52,687 bases of DNA from Candidatus Binatia bacterium (GCA_046757585.1 JBHHYR010000003.1:1-52687), one strand, 5' to 3'. Positions 36,938 to 47,561 are shown, counted from the stretch's first letter. A program made the numbers and translations. Notes: a model not told the origin generated them from the letters alone.

Positions 36938-36996
36938 AGGTCTACGACCAAGTCTAGCTTGTCCGGGGCGGTTCCCGAGCAAGAGGAGCGCACGAT

Positions 36997-38025
36997 ATGG
37001 CGGCAGCAGCGGTTCGCCCGAACGGGCATCACGCCGAGCAGGTGGAGGCGGAGCTTGAGACCATCCTCACGTCTTTCGACACCAATTACGCCTGGAACTA
37101 CGGCAGCGTCAAGGCAGGCCTGCGGGACCTCTACGAGAAGGCCAAACGGGAGCAGTGGAACGGGAGCGAACAGCTCGCGTGGAACACGCCCGTAGACCCG
37201 GAAGGTCCGGTCATCCCGGAATCTTACAATCCCCTTGAAGACTACGGGCCGTACAAGAAGTGTAATGAAAAAGAGGTCGCCCGGTTTCGCCATGCCACAA
37301 TTTCCTGGCAGCTGTCGCAGTTTATGCACGGCGAGCAAGGCGCCCTCATCGTCGCTTCGCAACTGGCAGGCGCCGTTCCCTGGATGGATGCGAAGCTCTA
37401 TGCCGCCACCCAAACCGTCGACGAGGCGCGGCACGTCGAAGTGTTCAGCCGCTATCTGCGCGAGAAGCTCGAATGGGAGTGGCCGATCAATCGGCACCTC
37501 AAGCAGTTGCTCAACACGGTCATTACGGACCACCGCTGGGACTTCAAGTACCTCGGCATGCAGATCCTCGTCGAAGGCCTAGCCATGGCCGCGTTCGCCA
37601 ACATGCACCAGCTCGCGTAAGAGCCCCTCGTGAAGAATCTCGTGCACTACGTCATGAAGGACGAGTCGCGCCATGTGGCCTTTGGAGTGATTTCGCTCAA
37701 GGACTACTACCTGGACATGCCGGAGGGGGAACGTCGTGACCGCGAGGATTTCGTGATCGAGGCCTGCCAGCTCATGCGCGATCGCTTGCTGGCGGAAGAG
37801 GTCTCGCGCTACATGGGTTTCGACGTGAACGAAGTACGGCAGATCGTGCTGGCGTCTCCGGTCATGAAGATGTTTCGGCAGGCGCTGTTCGCCCGGATCG
37901 TGCCGAACATCAAGCGCCTCGGCTTGCTCACACCGCACGTCCGCCGGGCGTTCGAGGCCCTCGAGATCATCCAGTTTGAGGACGCGGATCCCGAAGTCCA
38001 GGATCGAGCAATCGGACTCGGATAG
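36997..38025 (+). pseudogene. Ferritin-like diiron protein (AurF-like) interrupted by an in-frame TAA at 37618-37620
   Basis: HGEQGAL, DEARH, VEGLA before the stop and DESRH after it, same frame; 343 codons in total. Confidence 0.8.
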
Positions 38026-38193
38026 TCCGCTCGCCTCCGCGTCCTCGCTCAGATAGCCGGTTCTGTACACCGTCGGGCTCCGGCCACCGAGCCTCGATTA
38101 CGGCGTTCCGCCGATTGACTCTGCCCACGCCCGCGACTACTCAAGACGCTCGCTGCCCGGCATCAAGTCGGGTGGAGCACGAGGAGGAACCTG

Positions 38194-39096
38194 ATGCCTT
38201 TGCTTGCTGGGAAGGTCGCCGTGGTCACCGGCGGAGGCCGTGGCCTCGGGCGGGAAGAAGCACTGGCGCTCGCTGCGGAAGGCGCACGCGTCGTTGTCAA
38301 CGATATCGGCACCTCGGTGCATGGGGAAGGGGTGGACCAGACGCCAGCGGTCGCGGTGGTGCGGGACATCAGAGCCGCGGGCGGCGAGGCCGTGGCCAAT
38401 TACGAGGACGTCGCGAACTGGGACGGCGCCGAGCGCACGATCGAGCAGGCGTATGATACCTACGGCAGGCTCGACATTCTGGTGAACAACGCGGGCGTGC
38501 TGCGCGACCGGATGAGCTTCAACATGTCGGAAGAAGAGTTCGACCTCGTCCTACGCGTGCACTGCAAGGGTCACTTCGCCATGACCCGGCACGCCTGCGC
38601 GCGCTGGCGCCAGCGGGCCAAGCAAGGCGGGCAGACCCCGGGACGGGTGATCAACACCGCGTCGGAAGCGGGACTCATGGGCTCGGCTGGCAACGCCAAC
38701 TACGCCATGGCAAAAGCGGCCATCGCGGCGCTCACCATTAGCATCGCGCGCGAGATGGGCAAGTACGGTGTCACGGCAAACTTCATCGCGCCGCGCGCGC
38801 GCACGCGCATGACCGAGACGATGGCCAACCGCGACCTCTTCGCGAAACCGGAGAGCGGCTTCGATGTCTTCGCGCCCAAGTGGCCAGCGCAGGTCGTCGT
38901 GTTCCTGGCAAGCGACCAGGCCGCCGATATCAGCGGCCAAGGCTTCGTTGTCTGGGGAGGGGAGGTCGCACTCGTGAAGGGGTGGCATCAGGTTAGTCAG
39001 ATCAGTAAGCCCGGTGCTCCGTTCACGGCGCAGGAACTGATCGCCCGCAAGGACGAGCTGTTCGGGAACCTGGCGCGCCAGCCGACCTCCCTGTAA
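38194..39096 (+). CDS. SDR family oxidoreductase (3-hydroxyacyl-CoA/MFE-2 dehydrogenase-like)
   Basis: TGGGRGLG, VVVND.G, NNAGVLRD, NYAMAK, P.ARTRMT. Confidence 0.92.
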   Translation: MPLLAGKVAVVTGGGRGLGREEALALAAEGARVVVNDIGTSVHGEGVDQTPAVAVVRDIRAAGGEAVANYEDVANWDGAERTIEQAYDTYGRLDILVNNAGVLRDRMSFNMSEEEFDLVLRVHCKGHFAMTRHACARWRQRAKQGGQTPGRVINTASEAGLMGSAGNANYAMAKAAIAALTISIAREMGKYGVTANFIAPRARTRMTETMANRDLFAKPESGFDVFAPKWPAQVVVFLASDQAADISGQGFVVWGGEVALVKGWHQVSQISKPGAPFTAQELIARKDELFGNLARQPTSL

Positions 39097-39155
39097 GCCC
39101 GCGGACGCAGCCTCGGTACGGCTCCGAAAGCGGGATGGTTGACTCGGCGCAACCT

Positions 39156-39164
39156 TGCTATGAT
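39156..39164 (+). promoter_or_regulatory. Extended -10 (TGCTATGAT), leaderless promoter of the GT2 gene
   Basis: Ends 6 nt before GTG 39171. Confidence 0.55.
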
Positions 39165-39170
39165 CTGCCC

Positions 39171-40019
39171 GTGAGGCCGGAGGCGAGACCAAGCGTTTCA
39201 ATCGTCATTCCATGTTACAATGAACAGCTGAACCTCCAGCGCGGCTGCCTCACGCATGTTGCCGCCTACGCCGCACGAGCTGACGATATTCGCGAGGTGC
39301 TCGTCGTCGATGACGGGTCGACCGACGCGAGCCGCCGCTTGGTCACAACCCTTGCCCGGCAGCACGCGAAGCTGCGCCTGCTACCCGAGCCGCACCGCGG
39401 GAAAGCCGGCGCTGTCATTGCCGGAATCATGGCCGCCCAAGGCGCGTATGTGTTGTTCACCGACATGGATCAGGCGACGCCGATCGAAGAGTTCGAGAAG
39501 TTCCGGGCGTACCTGCAGCAGGGCTATGACATCGTCATCGGCTCCCGGCTGGGCCGGCGGGTCGGCGCACCGCTGGTGCGCCAGCTGATGGCAACTGGCT
39601 TCGCGCTGCTGCGACGCGTCATCCTCGATCTCGGACGCCTCGCTGACACGCAGTGTGGCTTCAAGAGTTTGAAGGCCGACGTGGCGCGCGGTCTCTGTGC
39701 ACAGCTGCGTGTGTTCGAACCGGGCCGGCAACACGCGCGTGGAGCAGCGGTGACCGCCGGTTTTGACGCTGAGCTCCTCTTTGTCGCACGACGGATGAAG
39801 GTGCAGATCGCCGAAGTTCCCGTCACCTGGCACTACGTCGGCACACACAGGGTCCATCCTCTGCGAGAGTCGTGGCGCGGGCTTACAGCGCTTCTGCTCA
39901 TCCGCTTGGCCGCACGCCGGGGTGCATACGAGCATGGCTCCATTCCATACGCTCCCCCCGAGGCCGCCGCTGGGGCTTCATCCGAACCGCAGCCTCGTTC
40001 TGCCGCCCGCTCGTCGTAG
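39171..40019 (+). CDS. GT2 glycosyltransferase (dolichyl/polyprenyl-phosphate glucosyltransferase-like)
   Basis: SIVIPCYNE, VVDDGSTD, GK..AV..G, FTDMD, DTQCGFK, FDAELL. Confidence 0.9.
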   Translation: MRPEARPSVSIVIPCYNEQLNLQRGCLTHVAAYAARADDIREVLVVDDGSTDASRRLVTTLARQHAKLRLLPEPHRGKAGAVIAGIMAAQGAYVLFTDMDQATPIEEFEKFRAYLQQGYDIVIGSRLGRRVGAPLVRQLMATGFALLRRVILDLGRLADTQCGFKSLKADVARGLCAQLRVFEPGRQHARGAAVTAGFDAELLFVARRMKVQIAEVPVTWHYVGTHRVHPLRESWRGLTALLLIRLAARRGAYEHGSIPYAPPEAAAGASSEPQPRSAARSS

Positions 40020-40033
40020 CGCCTCGCCGACAC

Positions 40034-40729
40034 TCAGGCGCGGCCCACACGCAGGAAATCGTAGCGGGCAAGCAGGGTCACGATCTTGAGCGCCGCGCCG
40101 ATTGTGCCCCGCATGGTGCCCGAAATCTTCGACACGCCGACGCGCCGGCGGTAGGGCACTGGAACTTCCTGGTAGCGCAAATGGGCACGCGCTGCTTTGA
40201 TCTGCATCTCCACTGTCCAGCCGTAATCACGGTCAGACATGCCGATCGCATCGAGCGCGCTACGACGGATGGCTCGAAAGGGGCCGAGGTCGGTTGCGGG
40301 CAGACCGAAGCGGGCGCGCAACCACCGCGACGCCAGGGCATTCCCGACGCGCTGCGGCCGCGTCAACGCCCCCCGTTCCACCCCGCGCGCGCCCCGGGCC
40401 CCCACGACGAAGTCTGCCTGCCCGTCCGCAATGGGCCGCAGCAGCACCGGGAGCAGTGCGGGTTCGTCACTGCCGTCGGCATCGATGAACACCACGACGT
40501 CGGTATCGGCGGGGAGTTGTCGGATCCCAGCGAGGCAGGCGGATCCGTAACCGCGGCGCGGCTCGACGACCACCTGGGCCCCGGCCCGCCGCGCTGCCTC
40601 GCCGGTCCCATCCGTACTGCCGTTGTCAACGACGAAGACGCTCCGCACCGGTGGTCGTCGGACCGCGTGCACCACGTCCGCGACCGACCTGACCTCATTG
40701 AGCGCGGGGATGATGACGTCTACCCGCAT
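40034..40729 (-). CDS. GT2 glycosyltransferase
   Basis: VIIPALNE, VVDNGSTD, GYGSAC, FIDAD, TDLGPFRAI, YGWTVEMQ, SKISGT; RBS GGAGG. Confidence 0.9.
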   Translation of the reverse strand: MRVDVIIPALNEVRSVADVVHAVRRPPVRSVFVVDNGSTDGTGEAARRAGAQVVVEPRRGYGSACLAGIRQLPADTDVVVFIDADGSDEPALLPVLLRPIADGQADFVVGARGARGVERGALTRPQRVGNALASRWLRARFGLPATDLGPFRAIRRSALDAIGMSDRDYGWTVEMQIKAARAHLRYQEVPVPYRRRVGVSKISGTMRGTIGAALKIVTLLARYDFLRVGRA

Positions 40730-40892
40730 CGTTTTGCCTCCACGTTCGTGTGCTCCGTGCGCACCACCCGGAGCACGCCGCGCGCCGCAGCTGCGCTGCC
40801 CCGGGGTAGACTCCCACGGCCGATCGTGACAGACAGACGTAGGTTTGGGAAGATGCAGCATGTGACGCGTTCGTTGGCGTAAGGAGAAGTCG

Positions 40893-42443
40893 ATGCCCGA
40901 GTACGGTTTCTGGCATCTTGCGCAGAAGGACCCTGGCCGTCTGGCGGTCGTAGAGCCGAACGGCAACCCGCTGACGGCAGGTGAGCTGTTGGCCGCATCG
41001 AACCGTCTGGTCCACGGCTTGCGCCGCCTTGGGCTGAAACAAGGCGACTGCATCGCAACTGTACTGCCCAATGGGGCAGCGATGATCGAGCTGTACCTGG
41101 CGGCGGCCCAGGCCGGGCTGTACCTCACGCCGATCAACCATCACCTGACCGCTCCTGAGATCGCCTACATCCTGCAAGACTGCGAGGCGCACGCCTTCTT
41201 CGGCGGCGAACGCTTCGCGCAGGCTTGCCGTGACGCAGCGGCGGAGGCGGGCCTGGCCACGCGTGCGTGCTTCGCGGTCGGTCGCATTCCCGGCTTTCGA
41301 ACGTACACGGAGCTGACGTACCAGCAGCCCGATACACTCCCGGAGGACCGGGCCGCGGGCCAGGTGATGAACTACACCTCGGGCACCACCGGCCGGCCAA
41401 AGGGCGTGCGCCGCCCGCTGGTCCCCTATGATCCGGACGCCGTCTTTTCCACAATCGCCATGTTCCTGTCGATGTTCGGCGTTGCGCCAGGCGGAGACGG
41501 AGTCCACCTGACAGGCTCGCCGCTGTACCATACTGCCGTATTGATGTTTGCCGGTTCCTCGCTGCACTACGGGCATACCGTGGTCCTGATGGATAAATGG
41601 ACTCCGGAGAGCTCTCTCGCGCTCATCGACCAGTATCGGGTCACCACCACCCACATGGTCCCGACACAGTTTCATCGCCTGCTCGCACTGCCCGCGGAGG
41701 TCAAGAAGCGCTACGATACCTCATCCCTGCGGCACGTCATTCACGCTGCGGCGCCGTGCCCGATCGACGTGAAGCGACGCATGCTCCAGTGGTGGGGTCC
41801 GGTGATCTACGAATACTACGCCGCCAGCGAAGGGGGTGGCACGCTGGTCACGCCCGATGAATGGCTGCAGTATCCGGGTACCGTCGGCCGCGCCTGGCCC
41901 GGTTCTAAGATTCGGGTGCTCGACGATGCGGGCAGAGACTGCCCGGCTGGACGACCTGGCACCGTGTACATGGCGCTGGGCGCCGCCGACTTCGAGTATC
42001 ACAAGGACAAGGCGAAGACCGACGCGAACCGGCGCGAGGGGTTCTTCACCGTCGGCGACGTCGGCTACCTGAACGCGGACGGCTATCTCTTTCTGTGCGA
42101 TCGCAAGATCGACATGATCATCTCCGGCGGCGTCAACATCTATCCCAGCGAGGTGGAGTCGGTGCTCCTCACACATCCCAAGGTCGGGGACGTCGCCGTC
42201 TTCGGAGTGCCCAACGAAGATTGGGGCGAGGAGGTGAAGGCCGTCGTCGAACCGGCGCTCGGCGTTCGCCCCAGTTCGGAGCTGGCCGCGGAAATCCTCG
42301 CTTTCTGCGTGCAGCACACAGCCAAGTACAAGTGTCCCAAGTCGGTCGACTTCATCGAATCGATGCCGCGCGATCCCAACGGGAAGCTCTACAAGCGCAA
42401 GCTCCGTGATCCCTACTGGAAAGGACGGGAGCGGGCGATCTGA
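40893..42443 (+). CDS. Acyl-CoA synthetase (FadD-like)
   Basis: YTSGTTGRPKG, YYAASE, TVGDVG, SGGVNIYP.E.E, GKLYK. Confidence 0.94.
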   Translation: MPEYGFWHLAQKDPGRLAVVEPNGNPLTAGELLAASNRLVHGLRRLGLKQGDCIATVLPNGAAMIELYLAAAQAGLYLTPINHHLTAPEIAYILQDCEAHAFFGGERFAQACRDAAAEAGLATRACFAVGRIPGFRTYTELTYQQPDTLPEDRAAGQVMNYTSGTTGRPKGVRRPLVPYDPDAVFSTIAMFLSMFGVAPGGDGVHLTGSPLYHTAVLMFAGSSLHYGHTVVLMDKWTPESSLALIDQYRVTTTHMVPTQFHRLLALPAEVKKRYDTSSLRHVIHAAAPCPIDVKRRMLQWWGPVIYEYYAASEGGGTLVTPDEWLQYPGTVGRAWPGSKIRVLDDAGRDCPAGRPGTVYMALGAADFEYHKDKAKTDANRREGFFTVGDVGYLNADGYLFLCDRKIDMIISGGVNIYPSEVESVLLTHPKVGDVAVFGVPNEDWGEEVKAVVEPALGVRPSSELAAEILAFCVQHTAKYKCPKSVDFIESMPRDPNGKLYKRKLRDPYWKGRERAI

Positions 42444-42653
42444 TGCAGGGCGACCACGTCTGGAATTGAGGACGCGAGGTAGCTCCGCCCCCCAAGGCTC
42501 CAGCCACGCGCAGCCCGTCACCGCCTGCGCATCCCCCCGTCCCACGAGCACACCCGCCAGTCGCGTGGCGCGTCAGCCCAGCGCCGTGGCCCTTGCGTTC
42601 GACACAGGGGCTCGGGTAGGGTCTTATGGGTAAACGGGGGACGAGGGGTTAGG

Positions 42654-43781
42654 ATGGTGGAGGACGAGCGAAAACGGTGGCGTTCGATGGCTCTGTGCTC
42701 TCTGGTGATCCACTGCGCTTGCCTCGGTAGCGCCGCGGCGCGCCCCGCGGATCTTTCCCTGTCTCCGCCGACATCGTCGGTCCAACGGCCCATTCCCGAC
42801 ACTTCGCCCGACACCGTCATGCGTGGGACACTGCGGCTGGACGTGGAAAAGCGCTACCCGACGCGGCTGGAGATCGAAAGCCGCTACCCGACACTGCTCG
42901 AGGTGGACAGCGCGTACCCAACTGTGCTCGGGGTCGAACGCCGCTACCCCGCCCGGCGGGTGGCCACGGTCGATCGTACGGGCGCACTCGGCCGCGTGCA
43001 CAACAACGGAACGAAAGTCGTGCGGGGTCGCGGGCACGCCGGCCATGCACGCGCGCGAGCCCGCCCGTACGCGGCACCGCCTCCCCGGAACATCGAGGCT
43101 CCCGCCGTGGCCTTGACCTTCGACACCGAGATTCCGCACGGGGAGGAAGCCAGTCACACTCTCACCACGGTGCTTGATACGCTCCGCGACGCTGGCGTGC
43201 GTTCGACGTTCTTCGTTGTGGGATGGTGGGCACGGGCCAATCCGAACATGCTGCGGCGCATGATCGCAGAGGGGCACGAGGTCGCCAGCCACAGCTTTAC
43301 TCATCAGCGCTTCGAAAACCGCTCGGTGTCCGAACTGCGTACCGAGCTTCAACAGGTCGCGGATGTCGTGCTGCGGGAAACGGGATCCCCCATCGCCCCC
43401 CTGTTCCGGCCACCCTACGGGTGTATCGATGCCTCTGCCGTTCGCCTCCTCCAGCAAGACGGCTACCGCTTGGCCGGCTGGACCGCGTCGGGCCGAGACG
43501 CTCGCTCCAAAACGCGCACGCCGCGCGAAGTCGTGGCCGCCGTGAGGGCTGGCCTCCGTCGCGGCGGCGTCCTCCTCCTGCACACCAACCATTGGATTAC
43601 TGCCGCCGCCTTGCCTGAGATTCTGCATCTCATCGATGCACGTGGCTGGAAGGCAGTGACGGTGTCGGAGCTGCTGCGCCGCAATCCGGCTACGGCAACG
43701 CGGCTTGCCCGGAGCGGGCTGCGAGACTGCACTCTCCGCCCGAGGCGCGTAGCCGCAGGCCTGCAAGCCGGAGCCCACTAA
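42654..43781 (+). CDS. Polysaccharide deacetylase (CE4/NodB) with an N-terminal tandem repeat
   Basis: VALTFD, STFFVVG, EGHEVASHSFTH, FRPPYG, VLLLH; signal-like N-terminus. Confidence 0.85.
   Translation: MVEDERKRWRSMALCSLVIHCACLGSAAARPADLSLSPPTSSVQRPIPDTSPDTVMRGTLRLDVEKRYPTRLEIESRYPTLLEVDSAYPTVLGVERRYPARRVATVDRTGALGRVHNNGTKVVRGRGHAGHARARARPYAAPPPRNIEAPAVALTFDTEIPHGEEASHTLTTVLDTLRDAGVRSTFFVVGWWARANPNMLRRMIAEGHEVASHSFTHQRFENRSVSELRTELQQVADVVLRETGSPIAPLFRPPYGCIDASAVRLLQQDGYRLAGWTASGRDARSKTRTPREVVAAVRAGLRRGGVLLLHTNHWITAAALPEILHLIDARGWKAVTVSELLRRNPATATRLARSGLRDCTLRPRRVAAGLQAGAH
42834..42953 (+). repeat. Four tandem 30-nt (10-aa) repeats, xL[DEG][VI][ED]xxYP[TA]
   Basis: RLDVEKRYPT / RLEIESRYPT / LLEVDSAYPT / VLGVERRYPA. 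Confidence 0.9.
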
Positions 43782-43827
43782 CACGAGGGGTGTCGGCCCG
43801 CCCGGTCGCCAGGCTGGCGAATCCGGG

Positions 43828-43986
43828 TCAGCCGACCACTGCCCACGCTGTCCAACCAATCACGCTCCAGAGGAGCAGGCTGATCAGCGAGGCCGTGATA
43901 AAATGCCCCAGCGGAATGCGCAGCGTTGTACCTAGTTCCAGCGCCAGTTGGTCTCCGCAGTTTGTGCGGTCGTAGCCGAGCTGCAT
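43828..43986 (-). CDS. Putative 52-aa membrane protein
   Basis: ATG 43986 preceded by GAGG; C-terminal hydrophobic helix IPLGHFITASLISLLLWSVIGWTAWAVVG; fills an otherwise empty gap. Confidence 0.45.
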   Translation of the reverse strand: MQLGYDRTNCGDQLALELGTTLRIPLGHFITASLISLLLWSVIGWTAWAVVG

Positions 43987-44218
43987 ATGTCCGAGCCTCA
44001 GGGCTGACCGTACGCAATCGCCATGCCCGCGACAGAACGCCGCGAACGGAAGCGGCAGTGGACGACTCGCGGCCCCGCGAAGGTCATTCTCGTACCGGGA
44101 TGCCAATTTGTCCGCGCCTCGGACTCGAAATTGATTGGCTTATACGTGAAATTGGGACAAGTAATTTGAAATGATCACACAGGTGGCTAATAAGGTGGGC
44201 TGAGGGAGGGTGCTGAAC

Positions 44219-44884
44219 GTGGCAGTGCTGGTGCGATTTCTCACGTCAACCATCGGGCGGAAGGTTCTGATGGGGCTGACGGGGTTGTTGCTGATCGGCT
44301 TTCTGGTGGTGCACCTGGCGGGCAACCTCCTGATTTTTTCCGGAGCTCAGACGTTCAACGAGTATAGTGAGAAGCTGGTCTCCAACCCGCTCATCTACCT
44401 CGCGGAGCTGGTCTTGCTCATCCTCTTCGTTGTGCACCTCGCGCTTGGAATCACCGTGACGCGGGGCAACTGGGAAGCGCGGCCGCAGGGTTACGTGAAG
44501 AAGGCGCGGGCACACTACACCAGTCACAAGAGCCTTTCGTCGACAACCATGATTGTGAGCGGCGTCGTCGTGCTCGTCTTCGTGCCGATCCACATCCTGA
44601 CGTTCAAGTTCGGCCCCGATTATCCGTCCGCCGTGCCGCACGTCCGCGACCTGTACCGGCTGGTGATCGAGGTTTTTCGAAGCCCGCTGTACGTTGCGTG
44701 GTACGTCGTCGCCATGGTGGTGATCGGGTTCCACTTGTGGCACGGGTTCGGCAGCGGGTTTGAGTCCCTGGGGTGGAGTTATCGGAAACCGCTGCGGCGG
44801 TTTGGCCAGCTCCTCGCGGTTGTGCTGGCCGGCGGGTTTCTGCTCATCCCGGTTGCGATCTACGTCATGGGAGGTTCCCTGTGA
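44219..44884 (+). CDS. sdhC: Succinate dehydrogenase cytochrome b subunit (b558 family); start 44210 or 44219
   Basis: IGRK..M..TG..L..F...HL.GN; four His in TM helices; HLWHG..S.F.SLG. Confidence 0.92.
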   Translation: MAVLVRFLTSTIGRKVLMGLTGLLLIGFLVVHLAGNLLIFSGAQTFNEYSEKLVSNPLIYLAELVLLILFVVHLALGITVTRGNWEARPQGYVKKARAHYTSHKSLSSTTMIVSGVVVLVFVPIHILTFKFGPDYPSAVPHVRDLYRLVIEVFRSPLYVAWYVVAMVVIGFHLWHGFGSGFESLGWSYRKPLRRFGQLLAVVLAGGFLLIPVAIYVMGGSL

Positions 44885-46794
44885 TCCTCGACGGCAAGAC
44901 GCCGGGTGGCCCGCTTGAGTCGAAATGGGACCAGCACAAGTTCGCCATGAAGCTGGTGAGCCCGGCGAACCGGCGCAAGTACACCGTGATCGTGGTCGGC
45001 ACCGGCCTAGCCGGAGCCTCTGCAGCGGCGTCGCTGGGTGAGCTCGGCTACAATGTCCTGAGCTTCACCATCCTGGACAGCCCCAGGCGTTCCCACAGCA
45101 TAGCGGCGCAGGGTGGTATCAATGCGGCGAAGAACTACGCGAACGACGGGGACTCGGTCTTTCGGCTGTTCTACGACACCATCAAGGGTGGGGACTTCCG
45201 TTCGCGCGAGGCCAATGTGTACCGGCTGGCGCAAGTCAGCGTCGAGATCATCGATCAGTGCGTGGCGCAGGGGGTGCCATTTGCGCGTGAATACGGGGGC
45301 CTGCTCGCCAACCGTTCCTTTGGTGGCGCCCAGGTCTCCCGCACGTTCTACGCGCGCGGACAGACCGGCCAGCAGCTCCTGCTCGGTGCCTACAGCGCGC
45401 TCATGCGTCAGGTTGACAGCGGCCAAGTGACCATCTTTCCACGGCGCGAGATGTTGGACCTCGTGGTCGTCGACGGCCACGCCCGCGGCATTGTCGCTCG
45501 GAACCTGGTCACCGGTACGCTCGAGCGCTATGCGGCTGACGCAGTGCTCCTGTGTACTGGCGGCTACGGGAACCTCTACTACTTGTCCACTAATGCCGGG
45601 AACAGCAACGTGACTGCCGCCTGGCGTTGTGCCAAACGGGGCGCGTTTTTCGCCAATCCATGCTACGTGCAGATCCACCCGACCTGCATTCCGGTCACCG
45701 GTGACTATCAGGCGAAGCTTACCCTGATGAGTGAGAGCTTACGCAACGACGCACGCGTCTGGGTACCCAAGCGGGCTGGGGACACGCGGCCACCCGACCA
45801 GATTCCAGAGACCGAGCGGGACTACTATCTCGAGCGCCGCTATCCGAGCTTTGGCAATCTCGTGCCCCGTGATGTTGCGTCCCGCAACGCGAAGCTGGTG
45901 TGCGATGAAGGCCGCGGGGTCGGTGCCACGGGTCTGGCCGTGTACCTCGACTTCGCCGACGCCGTGCAGCGCGTCGGCGAAGCCGTCATTCGCGAGCGCT
46001 ACGGCAATTTGTTCGACATGTACGCCAAGATCACCGGCGAGAATCCGTACAAGGTGCCGATGCGGATTTATCCCGCGGTGCATTACGTCATGGGCGGCCT
46101 CTGGGTTGACTACAACCTGATGAGCAACATCCCTGGTTTGTTCGTGCTCGGCGAAGCGAATTTTTCCGACCATGGCGCCAACCGCTTGGGAGCGAGTGCC
46201 CTCATGCAGGGTCTCGCCGACGGCTATTTCATCAGCCCGTACACGTTGGCCAACTACATCGCCAGCACTCCCCTGGAGCCGGTGTCGACCGACCACGCCA
46301 ACTTCAAGGATTCTCAAGCCTCGGTCCAGCAATGGATCGATCAACTCTTTGCGGTGAAGGGCAAGACTCCCGCAACTGAACTGCACCGCAAGTTGGGCAA
46401 GGTCCTGTGGGACAAGGTCGGGATGGCCCGCAATGAAAGGGGTTTGCAGGAGGCGGCACAGGAGGTCCGTGCCCTGCGCGAGGAGTTCTGGGCGGACGTG
46501 AAGGTGCCCGGCGCCCCGCACAACTTGAACAAGAGCCTCGAGCTGTCCCTGCGGATCGCCGACTACATGGAGTTTGCCGAGCTCGTGATTGCCGATGCGC
46601 TGCACCGTACCGAATCGTGCGGCTCCCACTTCCGCGAAGAGAGCGAAACCGCCGAGGGTGAAGCGAAGCGCGACGACGAGCACTTCGCTTACGTGGCAGC
46701 CTGGGAGTTCAAGGGTGCCGGCAAGGATCCTGAGCTGCACAAGGAGCCGCTCAAGTTCGAGTCCGTGCAGCTCACGCAACGCAGCTACAAGTAG
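44881..46794 (+). CDS. sdhA: Succinate dehydrogenase/fumarate reductase flavoprotein subunit
   Basis: GTG start overlaps the sdhC stop; [44 protein letters not shown]. Confidence 0.96.
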   Translation: MILDGKTPGGPLESKWDQHKFAMKLVSPANRRKYTVIVVGTGLAGASAAASLGELGYNVLSFTILDSPRRSHSIAAQGGINAAKNYANDGDSVFRLFYDTIKGGDFRSREANVYRLAQVSVEIIDQCVAQGVPFAREYGGLLANRSFGGAQVSRTFYARGQTGQQLLLGAYSALMRQVDSGQVTIFPRREMLDLVVVDGHARGIVARNLVTGTLERYAADAVLLCTGGYGNLYYLSTNAGNSNVTAAWRCAKRGAFFANPCYVQIHPTCIPVTGDYQAKLTLMSESLRNDARVWVPKRAGDTRPPDQIPETERDYYLERRYPSFGNLVPRDVASRNAKLVCDEGRGVGATGLAVYLDFADAVQRVGEAVIRERYGNLFDMYAKITGENPYKVPMRIYPAVHYVMGGLWVDYNLMSNIPGLFVLGEANFSDHGANRLGASALMQGLADGYFISPYTLANYIASTPLEPVSTDHANFKDSQASVQQWIDQLFAVKGKTPATELHRKLGKVLWDKVGMARNERGLQEAAQEVRALREEFWADVKVPGAPHNLNKSLELSLRIADYMEFAELVIADALHRTESCGSHFREESETAEGEAKRDDEHFAYVAAWEFKGAGKDPELHKEPLKFESVQLTQRSYK

Positions 46795-46805
46795 CGAGGA
46801 CTACC

Positions 46806-47561
46806 GTGGAACGGATGACACTCACGCTCCGGGTGTGGCGCCAAGCCAACCGCACCGCACCCGGCCGGCTGGTCGAATATGTCGCCAGGAACGTCGTGCC
46901 GGACATGTCGTTTCTCGAGATGCTCGACATGGTCAATGAAGAGCTGGTGATGAAGGGCGAGGAACCCATCGCCTTCGACTATGACTGTCGGGAAGGCATC
47001 TGCGGCTCGTGTGGAATGGTGATCAACGGCGTGGCACACGGGCCCGTACGGGGTACCACTGCCTGCCAACTGTTCATGCGTCACTTCAAGAATGGCGAAA
47101 CGATTACCGTCGAACCCTGGCGAGCCAAGGCCTTCCCCGTGATCAAGGACCTGGTCGTGGACCGCAGTGCCTTCGATCGCATCATGGCGGCAGGCGGCTA
47201 CATTTCGATCGCCACCGGCAACGCGCCCGAGGCCAACAACGTGCCGATCCCCAAGGAGGTGGCCGACGATGCCATGGACGCCGCGACCTGCATCGGCTGT
47301 GGTGCATGCGTGGCAGCGTGCAAGAATGCCTCGGCCGTGCTGTTCGTCGGGGCAAAGGTTGCCCACCTGGCACTGCTGCCCCAGGGGGCACCGGAACGGG
47401 AACGCCGCGTGCTCCGTATGGTCGAGCAGATGGAGAAGGAAGGTTTCGGAGCCTGCTCCAATGAGGGCGAGTGCCAAGCCGTGTGCCCGAAGGAGATTCC
47501 GGTTGCCCGCATTTCCCGCCTGAATTGGGAGTACACCCGCGCCGTACTCAAAGGGGGGTAG
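46806..47561 (+). CDS. sdhB: Succinate dehydrogenase/fumarate reductase Fe-S subunit
   Basis: [33 protein letters not shown]. Confidence 0.96.
   Translation: MERMTLTLRVWRQANRTAPGRLVEYVARNVVPDMSFLEMLDMVNEELVMKGEEPIAFDYDCREGICGSCGMVINGVAHGPVRGTTACQLFMRHFKNGETITVEPWRAKAFPVIKDLVVDRSAFDRIMAAGGYISIATGNAPEANNVPIPKEVADDAMDAATCIGCGACVAACKNASAVLFVGAKVAHLALLPQGAPERERRVLRMVEQMEKEGFGACSNEGECQAVCPKEIPVARISRLNWEYTRAVLKGG

Noticed and set aside
37618-37620. In-frame stop as selenocysteine, pyrrolysine or an alternative genetic code
   Set aside because: The codon is TAA, not TGA or TAG, and TAA terminates other genes in the window normally.
40034-41137. 367-aa version of the GT2 ORF
   Set aside because: The extension overlaps the acyl-CoA synthetase on the opposite strand; the GT2 motif and RBS start at 40729.
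42834-42953. 30-nt periodic repeat as a possible CRISPR array
   Set aside because: Units are contiguous with no spacers, in frame and conserved at protein level; no cas genes in the window.
44164-44179. CRP box upstream of sdhC
   Set aside because: The half-site spacing is 5 rather than 6 nt; only general AT-richness is supportable.
44773-44880. N-terminal extension of sdhA in the ORF track
   Set aside because: It overlaps sdhC; GTG 44881, coupled to the sdhC stop, is the plausible start.
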